From: a virus
Taxonomy: Duplodnaviria > Caudoviricetes
DNA: 36,606 nucleotides
Strand: one strand, 5' to 3'
Virus record (IMG/VR): IMGVR_UViG_3300030372_002131
Coordinates: 1-36,606 of that record
The translations under genes were made by a program, and so were the position numbers. A model generated the notes under the pieces. That model had not been told where the DNA came from. It ran no database searches and saw nothing but the letters and a program-made list of their open reading frames with translations. Each line of letters begins with the position of its first letter. Positions within the stretch are counted from its first letter, which is position 1. Positions 7,791 through 16,467 of the stretch are shown here, piece by piece.

Positions 7791-10211
7791 TTAGGAAAAG
7801 AAGTACGGACTATCTCTTATTTGTGAGATGTCGGCCGAACCATACTCGGGAGGCTCGGGAAATTCTATGTCGGGGTTCTGTTTTTTTACCTGACTTAACC
7901 AATCTCTTAGGTAGTCATCGGTAAACATCTTAACAGCTTCATCACGAATGACTTCATTAAGTATGGGAATGTTTTTACAGTGCGTTCCATAAGAATCATG
8001 GATCATCGAGAAGTCATAGATACCTTTATCGTTAGCACTGTTAACGGTTTTGTGTAGTAAAGTCCCATCAAGGGAGTGAACAAGATTTGGAGATACACCT
8101 TGAGCTTGTTTGATTGGGCTAATTTCTTCCGTGCTTTCCCCAAACCTAACCCATAAAGCTTCACCACTTATATTAGTAGTTACCCGAGAAGTCTTAATCT
8201 TTCGGTAGTCCTGCTTAACAACAAAACCCGAAGGGGTAACCCATTGAATATGTCTTTTGTTTTTGCTGAGAATCTTTGAGACTTTTTGTAGCCATTCCAT
8301 GCACTGTTTAGGTAAATCGAGAACCTCCTCGATAGCTTTCCAAACAATAACAGATAAGTAATGAACAGCTTTATAAAACTCCTTGTCACAGAAGGGACTC
8401 GGGCAATCATCAGCGTGTATTTTTTTCTCGAACCAATCGAGTATATATTGACGGCACGAGTACATCGTTAATCCATAAGACCAAGTCATGCAAGGTCGTT
8501 TTAGCGTATCGCGGTTAATACCATAGTCCAACCAAGCTTGTGCGAACGGATGGTTTTCTCGGGCATCCTTTTCCATGAATGCTTCCGCTCTTACCCGAGC
8601 AACATTATAAATATCCGCTACCCCACCTGTTGGTATTACGTTAGTAGCCTTACAACCATATTCACACCGAGTAAGGATCGAGAGGATTTGTAAGCCGTTG
8701 TTAGTGGCATCAACATTTATAGGAATCCTTGTTTTTAACCTCTCAAACCCGCTATCCGCAAAAGTTTTCCACTCAAAACAAAACGCTATAAATTGCCAAG
8801 GGGAATCCGCATCTATCCACTCAGTAAACGAGGTAGGATCAGTTGCTATTTTACAAATCCATTCGGTGTTGTCGTAAGTCCACTTAACTCTTTCATCAAG
8901 GGTAACTTTATCAAATCCCCAAGTGTTTGCTCCGTGAATTGCAAGCCACTTTGCCTCCTCCTTACCTCTAACTCTAACATCACGATAAAACTCGAGTAAC
9001 CCTCGACAAAGATCTGGGCCTTGCGTGTGAAGAAACGAGTTAATAGGGTAGGCTCTTCCTCTAAAGTCAAAGTTCTGAGGAGCAAAGAATCTGTAACCCC
9101 GAAACCTTTCAGCTAGTCCTATAATTTTAGCACAAAGAACCCGCTTAGATCTTGAAGAATTATTTCTGCGATGCACCCCGCTCGCCATCTTAGCCCAACT
9201 GTCTCTACTAGCTTTATTCTCGTCACCATCTACAGGGAAGGGAGGCTTTACCTCGTCTTCTTGGGGAACCATTGTTGATCCTATGGGAATATTATTATCC
9301 CAAGCCCAAGTCGCTAAGTCTAATACCTTGTCGTTAATCTGCCACGGTGTTCGCTGAATTAGATTAATAGCTCTTATAGGTTCCGCGAGGTCAGCCGTTT
9401 TAAGTGATCGGAGAAAATCTTTGTCCCTAGTTTTTATTAAAGTAACCTCGGGTAATTGTGTTCCTTCTGCACGGTAACCGCCTTCCCAAACACTCGTCCA
9501 GTCAGCGGGTAAATCTAGAGAGGGTAACCAAAAAGGTTCCATCAACGCTCGGTAGTTATTAAAGTTCTCCATCCATTCCAAAGTGACAGCCGAGGGAGTT
9601 ACGAAACGAGTGTGACTCTTCCTTCCTTTTTCTCTTATGTAACTGTATTCAATAAGACCAGTTGAAACCCTTAATAATTCTATAAGAGTCATCCCACACA
9701 TTATTCGGTCTCGTCTTGACCAAGGTTCAAAGTCTGGTATGCCTTCCTTCTCTTCCTCGTGCCTCATTGATAATTGTATGTGCCGAAACTGAGAAGCCTT
9801 CGCTCTTCTCTTAGCCCCGAGAATAATTCCCGAGCCCTTTTTTTCGTTAGTCTTTAATAAATGTTTTAACCTTAATTCAAACTCTATAACCTTACCTACC
9901 GAGTAACTCATCGAAGTGTACGTGCAATGCTTTTGAGGGAATGTATCAAGCGCAGTTTTAAGTACGAGGAACGCGGTTTTCTTTGGGTCATATTCCTTTA
10001 GCTCTCGCATCCACCTATTATGCTTCGTCTTGTTCTTATAACTGATCCCTTTAATCGCTGTTGCAAACGCGGGAAGTAACTCCCGAATTAATGTCTGCCC
10101 CGCCTTAGTCCTTCCCGTTTCCTTCTGCTCCCGAGCCGATTCAATTTGATTATTAAACCTGCTTATCCCGAGAGAAGTCATCTCTTCATTGAGTTGGTTT
10201 TGATCTAACAT
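7791..10211 (-). CDS. Single-subunit T7-type RNA polymerase
   Basis: Motifs 'DFRGRAY', 'DATNNGLQ', 'R...KRPCMTWSYG', 'PNLVHSLD', 'IHDSYGTH'. Confidence 0.98.
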   Translation of the reverse strand: MLDQNQLNEEMTSLGISRFNNQIESAREQKETGRTKAGQTLIRELLPAFATAIKGISYKNKTKHNRWMRELKEYDPKKTAFLVLKTALDTFPQKHCTYTSMSYSVGKVIEFELRLKHLLKTNEKKGSGIILGAKRRAKASQFRHIQLSMRHEEEKEGIPDFEPWSRRDRIMCGMTLIELLRVSTGLIEYSYIREKGRKSHTRFVTPSAVTLEWMENFNNYRALMEPFWLPSLDLPADWTSVWEGGYRAEGTQLPEVTLIKTRDKDFLRSLKTADLAEPIRAINLIQRTPWQINDKVLDLATWAWDNNIPIGSTMVPQEDEVKPPFPVDGDENKASRDSWAKMASGVHRRNNSSRSKRVLCAKIIGLAERFRGYRFFAPQNFDFRGRAYPINSFLHTQGPDLCRGLLEFYRDVRVRGKEEAKWLAIHGANTWGFDKVTLDERVKWTYDNTEWICKIATDPTSFTEWIDADSPWQFIAFCFEWKTFADSGFERLKTRIPINVDATNNGLQILSILTRCEYGCKATNVIPTGGVADIYNVARVRAEAFMEKDARENHPFAQAWLDYGINRDTLKRPCMTWSYGLTMYSCRQYILDWFEKKIHADDCPSPFCDKEFYKAVHYLSVIVWKAIEEVLDLPKQCMEWLQKVSKILSKNKRHIQWVTPSGFVVKQDYRKIKTSRVTTNISGEALWVRFGESTEEISPIKQAQGVSPNLVHSLDGTLLHKTVNSANDKGIYDFSMIHDSYGTHCKNIPILNEVIRDEAVKMFTDDYLRDWLSQVKKQNPDIEFPEPPEYGSADISQIRDSPYFFS

Positions 10212-10223
10212 AATGATAAATTT

Positions 10224-10487
<264 letters not shown>

Positions 10488-11598
10488 ACTTGAAGATGGG
10501 TATTCTAGCGCGTTAAGACCACTAATAAAACTCTGCGGAGATAGCCGAGCATATCTAAGGGTTTGCGCTATATCTTTATGACCTAGCCACTCTTTTGTCA
10601 ATAGTAGGTTATTCGTCCTTTGTATCAGTCTAGACCCACAAGTGTGACGACAAACATAAAAAATAAAATCCTTATCTCCTTGTCTACCGAGGGCATCCCG
10701 AACTTTATCCCAAGCTCTCCTGATTCGATCTTTATTCCAATGCGCCCAAGGATAATCGTTAGCTTCTTTATGCTTATGGATAGCGCACATAGCTCTACGG
10801 GTTAATGGTATGGTTCTCTTCTCACCGTTCTTAGTTTTCTGTAGGTGAGCACAAACACCGAGGACGGGATCTTTCTTTATGTTTCTCCTATGAAGATATC
10901 GGGACTCTATCGGGCGCATCCCTGTATCGATTTGCCATACGAAAAAATCATAGAAGTAATCCATTCCGTTTTCCTCGAGGTAGGTTAATATCTCCACCTC
11001 TTCTTCCTCAGTGAAATAAACCATCCTCTCGTTGTTTACTTTAATACGAGGAAAAAAAGGTTTCTTGTCGAGAAGCTCCCTCTCAACCGCAAATGAAAAC
11101 GCCTTGCCCATTGTCGCTAGTTTAAGTTTAATAGTAGCGGGCGCATTTCCTTTATCCTTACAATGCAAAACAAACTTATCGAGCTTTGCTTTATTGATGC
11201 TTTTAATAAGGGTCTTAGCCCCAAAGAAAGCTTCTATTTGATGGCAATGGTTACGAGCCGTGTTCTCATTTGGTGTACCCTTCCACCCCTCGTTCGGTGG
11301 CGTACTAAGAACCCTATCGAATAGCTGTTGTAGCGTTAGAGGTTTAAAAGATTTCTCTTCTTTGTCGATTGAATCGCCTCGAGAGATTGCTAGTCTTAAA
11401 TTACTTTCCCAAGCTTGGGCTTCTTCCTTAGTTGGAAATTGTTTTCTGTAGCGTACCCCCTCGCTCATAAAATCAGCGAGGAATCTACTGCTTCCTGATT
11501 TACGGATTGACATAATGTTAGGGTCTTTCTATTGTTGTTGTTGTTAAGTTTTTTGTTAGGTGATGTATATAATAATTATGAATTAATAAAATTCAAAT

Positions 11599-11692
11599 AA
11601 AAAAAAAGGAAGCACCAACAGGAACCTAAAGAGAACTACCTAACTAAAACTCTTCAGGAAATGACCCCACTGGTGCTTCCTCAAATGAATAC
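11599..11692 (-). ncRNA. Candidate phage small RNA (two-stem hairpin plus U-tail)
   Basis: Outer stem AGGAAGCACCAGUGGGG/UCCUGUUGGUGCUUCCU (17 bp), inner stem CCUGAAGAG/CUCUUUAGG (9 bp), loop UUUUAGUUAGGUAGUU, 3' U-run. G-U pairs favour the minus strand. A promoter lies immediately upstream. Confidence 0.6.
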
Positions 11693-11697
11693 GGTTA

Positions 11698-11727
11698 ATA
11701 ATAAGTGCTGAATATATGGTTAGTCAA
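11698..11727 (-). promoter_or_regulatory. sigma70-type promoter for the candidate sRNA
   Basis: TTGACT (11727-11722), 18-nt spacer, TATTAT (11703-11698). Confidence 0.6.
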
Positions 11728-11812
11728 CATCATTAATTGAGAAAAATCTAAGTATCACAAGGATCACGAGGAACCAAAGGACAACTCCCGCAAGCCATAT
11801 TAATACACTCAT
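11720..11812 (-). CDS. 30-aa single-TM peptide
   Basis: Manual translation MSVLIWLAGVVLWFLVILVILRFFSINDVD; below the ORF-track cutoff. Confidence 0.6.
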   Translation of the reverse strand: MSVLIWLAGVVLWFLVILVILRFFSINDVD

Positions 11813-11820
11813 AAATAACA

Positions 11821-12168
11821 TTATAGCTCGATGTCAAACATCAGTTGGTTTACATAAGGTAACGCTAAATGCTTTTGGCCTTCAGTAGTCATTAATGCGT
11901 TAATCTCCTTAACGACTACATGACAATGTGGTGCCTTTTTACCAAAGACTTTCCCCGCGGTTTCATAAGTGAATCCAAACTTTTTAACGAGGATAAACAT
12001 GGCAATCTTTCGCCAGTGTGATGCGTTATGTTTTGTACTGTCTTTTAAATAAGCCTCGTCAAATCCCGAATGATTGCTCATAGATTGAAGAAGGCGGTTA
12101 ATGATTAGATTTTGATTTATCAAAGGTCTTATCTGTTTTTTTGCTATTACTGTAGTTTTAGTTTCCAT
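11821..12168 (-). CDS. DnaA C-terminal (domain IV)-like HTH DNA-binding protein
   Basis: 'WRKIAMFILVKKFGFTYETAGKVFGKKAPHCHVVVKEI' parallels the DnaA pattern 'RQIAMYL.R....SL..IG..FG.RDH.TV'. Confidence 0.65.
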   Translation of the reverse strand: METKTTVIAKKQIRPLINQNLIINRLLQSMSNHSGFDEAYLKDSTKHNASHWRKIAMFILVKKFGFTYETAGKVFGKKAPHCHVVVKEINALMTTEGQKHLALPYVNQLMFDIEL

Positions 12169-12172
12169 AAAT

Positions 12173-12346
12173 TTATTTCTTTTTGTAAGGGCTTTTTGCC
12201 CAATCGTCCGTGATGTTTACCTCGACTAGTTCAAAGTCCTCGAGGAATTGACTAACGACTTCCTGAATAGATGCCCTTAGTTCATTCTCTGTTTCATCAT
12301 CAAAAATTTCTTGATGATCTTCTAATAATATTTTAATTGTCTTCAT
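12173..12346 (-). CDS. Small acidic early protein
   Basis: Manual translation MKTIKILLEDHQEIFDDETENELRASIQEVVSQFLEDFELVEVNITDDWAKSPYKKK (57 aa); fills the gap between neighbours. Confidence 0.65.
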   Translation of the reverse strand: MKTIKILLEDHQEIFDDETENELRASIQEVVSQFLEDFELVEVNITDDWAKSPYKKK

Positions 12347-12352
12347 AATTTT

Positions 12353-12589
12353 TCAGGTTAATAAAGTGCTTAGTTCTTCCTCGGAAATTTCCCGAGGTTC
12401 ACCGATAATTTGGTTGAGTAAACTGTCATGCGTAAACTCATCAACATGCCCGAGCTTTGGCTTATCATTTTGAAATGGCTCGGGTGACAAGTCATAAGTA
12501 AAGGCGGTTAATAGTTCGCCCGAGTCACTGTATTGAACATCGAGAATTATTGGGAGCCGACAAGGGCGAATAAAACGGTGTAGGTTCAT
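12353..12589 (-). CDS. Hypothetical early protein
   Basis: 78-aa ORF with an AACCUAA leader. Confidence 0.65.
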   Translation of the reverse strand: MNLHRFIRPCRLPIILDVQYSDSGELLTAFTYDLSPEPFQNDKPKLGHVDEFTHDSLLNQIIGEPREISEEELSTLLT

Positions 12590-12598
12590 CGTTAGGTT

Positions 12599-12799
12599 TT
12601 AATTCGTTTTAGTTGCTTGGTGCAGGACTTTTTTATAGACGTTATGATGGTCAATAAAACGCTTATCATTTTTAGCAAGCCCGTAACCTTTTATAAATTC
12701 ACCATTGTCGAATCCGTTATCAACAATATCCATTAGCTCCCAATATTCACCGATTGATAATTTAATTGTGATTGTCTTGTTATTTTTGGTAGTTTTCAT
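12599..12799 (-). CDS. Hypothetical early protein
   Basis: 66-aa ORF with an AACCUAA leader. Confidence 0.65.
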   Translation of the reverse strand: MKTTKNNKTITIKLSIGEYWELMDIVDNGFDNGEFIKGYGLAKNDKRFIDHHNVYKKVLHQATKTN

Positions 12800-12809
12800 A
12801 TTAGGTTAG

Positions 12810-12971
12810 TTAGTTCTTCTTTTCTATCTTGTAAGTAATTTTAGGAGATTCTGAGCTTAATTCGTAAAGGTCAAAGTTCTTAATGTTGTTAATAGCCTCT
12901 TGCTCGTTATCCGCGTAAATTTTAAAGAGACCTTTAAAGGTAATCTTAACTTTGTATTCGTATTGATTCAT
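12810..12971 (-). CDS. Hypothetical early protein
   Basis: Manual translation MNQYEYKVKITFKGLFKIYADNEQEAINNIKNFD... (53 aa) with an AACCUAAAA leader. Confidence 0.65.
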   Translation of the reverse strand: MNQYEYKVKITFKGLFKIYADNEQEAINNIKNFDLYELSSESPKITYKIEKKN

Positions 12972-12987
12972 AATATTTTAGGTTAAT

Positions 12988-13022
12988 AAAAAAGCCCCTC
13001 GAGGATAAACCCGAGAGGCTTT
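12988..13022 (-). terminator. Intrinsic terminator in the early region
   Basis: 13-bp stem AAAGCCUCUCGGG / CUCGAGGGGCUUU followed by a U-run. Confidence 0.8.
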
Positions 13023-13032
13023 GATAATGTTT

Positions 13033-13215
13033 TTAATGTTGGTTGTTTTTTGCGGTTAATTTCTTGCCGTCTTTAATTAGTATTTCTGCGCCCTTAAGGC
13101 TTATGTTTTTTGATTCTGCGAATTGCTCGAGGGTTAGATAATTATCACGCCATTCTTTATACCAAGAAATTGCAAGCGCGTTTAATGTGTCTTCTATTTG
13201 TTTATCGGTTGCCAT
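13033..13215 (-). CDS. Hypothetical early protein
   Basis: 60 aa with the pattern 'Y.EW.DNYLTLEQFAE...IS...A..LI..G' seen in small phage early proteins. Confidence 0.7.
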   Translation of the reverse strand: MATDKQIEDTLNALAISWYKEWRDNYLTLEQFAESKNISLKGAEILIKDGKKLTAKNNQH

Positions 13216-13221
13216 TAGGGT

Positions 13222-13419
13222 TTAATCGGTTTCAGTTAATCCTCCTAATATTTGACGATTAGCCAAAGCTTGCTCATACAATCCGTATCTTTTAGCATTT
13301 GGGCGCACTTCATCCCAATAATCACACTTGCATATATTGTCGTAATAATAACCGCAATTTTCATTATGTTTTAATCCCATTGGGCGCGTGTCTTTTAGTT
13401 TAGTTGTCGTTAGGTTCAT
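13222..13419 (-). CDS. Hypothetical early protein, possible metal-binding H/C cluster
   Basis: 65 aa containing 'H..NC......CKC'. Confidence 0.6.
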   Translation of the reverse strand: MNLTTTKLKDTRPMGLKHNENCGYYYDNICKCDYWDEVRPNAKRYGLYEQALANRQILGGLTETD

Positions 13420-13448
13420 TTAATAAGGTTAGTTAGTTTTTTTTTATA

Positions 13449-13504
13449 TCAGCCTATTAGCTGAATCCCTAACCCCCGAGGAATGCCCGAGGATTACGGA
13501 TTCA
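13449..13504 (-). promoter_or_regulatory. Long intergenic hairpin, RNase III-site-like (copy A)
   Basis: ~19-bp imperfect stem UGAAUCCGUAAUCCUCGGG / CUCGGGGGUUAGGGAUUCA with no adjacent U-tract; paralogous to 14475-14529. Confidence 0.6.
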
Positions 13505-13509
13505 ATTAA

Positions 13510-13935
13510 TTAAACTTGTTCCGCTTCTTCTAACTCGTAGAACCTCGCGGTCTCCTCTAATGCGTACCAAGCGAGCGCATTTAATACTTGCTTATCCATC
13601 CCGTCATTTAGCGTGGCAAGATCAGGCTTGTCGTAAATTATTGAAGCAATTTCAAGGGTGCTTATTGTATTTGTTGTTCCAAAACAATTAAAGTTTTGAA
13701 CAAATATTAACGGATCTTCACCCATTCCGCTTGCATCTTCCTTTATGGATTCCAGTATTTCTTCCATATTATCACGCGCAAACTTGCAAGTGTCTTTACA
13801 ATATATAAATCCGCTGAAACCTCCATCGGCTCCGTGGTTGCGTACATCTTTTAATGTGTCGTGTAGTTCTTTGTCGTTCCAAGCTTTAAAGCCTAATTGA
13901 TTGCGAACGTTTTTTTCTAATTTGTTAGATATCAT
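13510..13935 (-). CDS. Conserved phage early protein, acidic, function unknown
   Basis: 'DVRNHGADGGFSGFIY..DT..F' and 'NALAWYALEE' form a recurring phage early-gene family signature. Confidence 0.75.
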   Translation of the reverse strand: MISNKLEKNVRNQLGFKAWNDKELHDTLKDVRNHGADGGFSGFIYCKDTCKFARDNMEEILESIKEDASGMGEDPLIFVQNFNCFGTTNTISTLEIASIIYDKPDLATLNDGMDKQVLNALAWYALEETARFYELEEAEQV

Positions 13936-13970
13936 TTTAGTTAGGTGTTTTTATTTATAGTTATGTGTTT

Positions 13971-14069
13971 TTATTCAAACCAATTAAAATAATCAGACAC
14001 TCGCTCGAGTAATCCGAGAATAATAATGGCGGTTGAAATTAGTAGAATTGATGCGATTAAAAAAAGCAT
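13971..14069 (-). CDS. 32-aa single-TM peptide
   Basis: Manual translation MLFLIASILLISTAIIILGLLERVSDYFNWFE. Confidence 0.5.
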   Translation of the reverse strand: MLFLIASILLISTAIIILGLLERVSDYFNWFE

Positions 14070-14132
14070 ATTGTATCTATCGGTTAGGAATTAAATAAAT
14101 GCAAATAATATTTTTAAGAAAGTTTTAAAGCG

Positions 14133-14450
14133 TTAATAGTTTGCAGATTCCGAAATGATCTTATCAAGTATTAAATAAGTATCAGGATTTGCGCTGTATT
14201 TTGAGCTGTATTTTGAACTCCACCCTGTACGCTTTAAATTATATTCAGCGTATGATTTAAGAATTTTTAATTCGCGCTCAATAGTTTTAAAATGAAGATT
14301 TATAGTTAACTCATCAATCTTATTGTTTTTATCGGGCTTTTTATCGCCTTGATAATTTTTAATAGACTCCAAATTCTTCTTAATGCGTTCTATTTGATTT
14401 AAAGCTTCAACCGCGTGACTCGCTTGTTGTTTGTTTATTAGTCTTCTCAT
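14133..14450 (-). CDS. Hypothetical early protein (coiled-coil)
   Basis: 105-aa ORF with an AACAACCUA leader. Confidence 0.65.
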   Translation of the reverse strand: MRRLINKQQASHAVEALNQIERIKKNLESIKNYQGDKKPDKNNKIDELTINLHFKTIERELKILKSYAEYNLKRTGWSSKYSSKYSANPDTYLILDKIISESANY

Positions 14451-14474
14451 TTTTTTTTTATAGGTTGTTTTTAG

Positions 14475-14529
14475 TCAGTCTTAATTAACTGAATACAGTC
14501 CCTCGAGGATTGCCCGAGGAACTGAATCA
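14475..14529 (-). promoter_or_regulatory. Long intergenic hairpin, RNase III-site-like (copy B)
   Basis: Stem UGAUUCAGUUCCUCGGG / CUCGAGGGACUGUAUUCA. Confidence 0.6.
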
Positions 14530-14536
14530 ATCAACA

Positions 14537-15433
14537 TTATCCGAGGATGTAATTAGATGCTTTTTGAGCGGCACTGGCGGCCTGCACTGCTAGCTTGCAA
14601 TCGCCTTTTAAGACCTTAATCCAAGACTGAAGATAAGCGGCCGAATTTTCCATTATCTCGCTGTTATCAATTCGCGCTTCATTGCATAAAAACGCGGCAC
14701 CCATCTCAGCTACTAGTTCCTCTTTACTGTAAACATCATCACCAAAACTTGAATTGGTAGCAACGCCTTTACGATCCAAGCGGGACTTATGACCAGTTGA
14801 ATGTATTAACTCATGGAAGAAAACCGCGTAGTAATTTTCCGCATCTTTAAAGCTGTTTATTTCAGGCATCCTTACTTCATCACGACTAGGAGAGTAGCAA
14901 GGGTTTCCGCGAGCTGATAGCTTGTTATTATCGATGCTTATTGAAGGCTTATTTGGCATATTATCAATAATACTCTGCGCGGCCTCTATTGGCTCAATCT
15001 CCTCATCATTAGGCGATGTAATAGGCTCAGCATCCTCATCAATACCCTCTATTTGATCGAGGTTAAAAACATAAGAATGTTTGAAAAATGGAATCTTCTC
15101 AACAGCTTTTTTCTCGTCCAGTGTTTTCTTACCGTTCGCGTCCTTCATAAGAAAATTGAAGTAAGTCACAGGCGTTCCTTTTTCACCCTTGTTAACCTTA
15201 CCACCATTAGCTTTAGCCTGATTGAAAGTCATCCACTTATTTGAGCTATAACCTTTATAAAATTGCATTCCTTCAAGTAGGAAGTAGTTAATGCCTTTAT
15301 AGGTGTTTTTACTTACAAAGTTTTGAGGATCAGTGATACGGTTAACCTTGAAGTTACGCTTCCAAGGCGCCACGCCATTTTCTAGTAGTTCGATCAGTCT
15401 ATCAGTGACTAATTCGTATGTTTTAGTATTCAT
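14537..15433 (-). CDS. ardC: ArdC-family antirestriction / ssDNA-binding protein with zincin-like domain
   Basis: 'LENGVAPW', 'Y.GIN...L', 'WMTFNQA...GG.V.KGEKG', 'VFNLDQ', 'HELIHSTGH..RL.R', 'YSKEELVAEMGAAFL', 'AAYLQSW'. Confidence 0.93.
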   Translation of the reverse strand: MNTKTYELVTDRLIELLENGVAPWKRNFKVNRITDPQNFVSKNTYKGINYFLLEGMQFYKGYSSNKWMTFNQAKANGGKVNKGEKGTPVTYFNFLMKDANGKKTLDEKKAVEKIPFFKHSYVFNLDQIEGIDEDAEPITSPNDEEIEPIEAAQSIIDNMPNKPSISIDNNKLSARGNPCYSPSRDEVRMPEINSFKDAENYYAVFFHELIHSTGHKSRLDRKGVATNSSFGDDVYSKEELVAEMGAAFLCNEARIDNSEIMENSAAYLQSWIKVLKGDCKLAVQAASAAQKASNYILG

Positions 15434-16143
15434 TTTTTTTTAGGTTGTTTTTTAGGTTGTTTTTACTCGCTTTAATTCGTTGCGATAGGAACCTATAAGG
15501 CCTACAAAAGATATAGCAAATGTTTTTTTAATGTTTTTTTAACATAGGGAAAAAACACCGATAAATACACAAACACTTGTATGTACAAATGCAATACATT
15601 AACAGCTTGGAACCTTGGAATAATCCGAGGCATTAAAGAGCTATTATTTGATGCCACTAGACTTGATGTCTGTTGCCTATTTGAGGGAGTGCCTAGGCTT
15701 ATATAAAAAGGAGAGGGGGTGTTGACAAATAACAGACAATCAACCTCAAAAAATCCTCATACCCGACTATCCCTATGGGGGAAGTAGAGATTGCTAAATA
15801 CAACGTGAACCCCTTCAGATTTTCTCACCAAAACCGAGGGTCAACAGGGATTGGTGTGGTATTACTTCTTCAATTATACCGCTAAGATACTCGGGAGTTC
15901 CCCGAAAGCTCCCTTCAAAACGCCACATTTAACATGTAACCTAGTCTTCCCCTAGGAGTATCTTTAAATTACTTTAACTTTACTGCTCACTACTATAAGT
16001 TCTCCCGATAACTCTCGGGAAATCTACCTGTATTAACATTATTAATTTAGACTTAAATCCCAATTATCCCTCTATTTCATAGACCCTCTAATTAACACTA
16101 AGTAAGAGAGAGCCCCCCTACCCCCCATTCGTTTACTTATAAG
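15434..16143. other. Non-coding junction between last late and first early gene; probable terminal-repeat/packaging region
   Basis: No ORF of 60 aa or more over ~700 bp; position matches T7-like genome ends; contains short palindromes and G/C runs. Confidence 0.65.
15490..15519 (-). promoter_or_regulatory. Candidate early host-RNAP promoter
   Basis: TTGCTA, 18-nt spacer, TAGGTT, with an A/T-rich UP-like tract, upstream of ardC. Confidence 0.45.
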
Positions 16144-16148
16144 TCAAT
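16133..16148 (-). promoter_or_regulatory. Candidate phage RNAP promoter or operator ATTGACTTATAAGTAA (copy 2, phiOR-like position)
   Basis: Exact repeat of 1575-1590, pointing into the genome-end region. Confidence 0.55.
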
Positions 16149-16467
16149 TTTTCCCTCGTCCTTTAAAACAAGCCTTTTTTACCTCTCGTTTTATAACGGG
16201 AAGCAGGAGGCTATCGAAAGCTCTCACGAGTGCTTCCTCTTTGTTCTCGTCATCTATGAGGTAGCTAAGTCCCGAGAGGGCTAGACAAGCGTGGAAGGCT
16301 TCGTGAAGGATTGTTTCAAGCTTATCGTTATCATTAAGGGTTCCTCGGATAGTTATAAGTTTCTTATCTATATCTAAGTTCCCGAAATCCTCTAGGTTCT
16401 TCTTATAAACGATCTTGTATTTATGACCACCTATCGTGATCTGCCGAGGATTATAAGACATGTTCAT
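16144..16467 (-). CDS. Small HExxH zincin-like protein
   Basis: 'FGNLD.....I.I' followed by 'ETILHEAFHA' and a downstream EE. Confidence 0.75.
   Translation of the reverse strand: MNMSYNPRQITIGGHKYKIVYKKNLEDFGNLDIDKKLITIRGTLNDNDKLETILHEAFHACLALSGLSYLIDDENKEEALVRAFDSLLLPVIKREVKKACFKGRGKN

Noticed and set aside
11661-11711. Plus-strand 16-codon ORF preceded by two ACCTAA motifs
   Set aside because: Very short, with no evident plus-strand promoter. Wobble pairs, promoter and U-tail all favour a minus-strand RNA. Not fully excluded.
13449-14529. CRISPR-like or mini-array interpretation of the repeated hairpins and CCCGAG repeats
   Set aside because: No regular repeat-spacer periodicity and no cas genes.
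15722-15750. Plus-strand TTGACA promoter
   Set aside because: No acceptable -10 at 16-18 nt spacing and no downstream gene.
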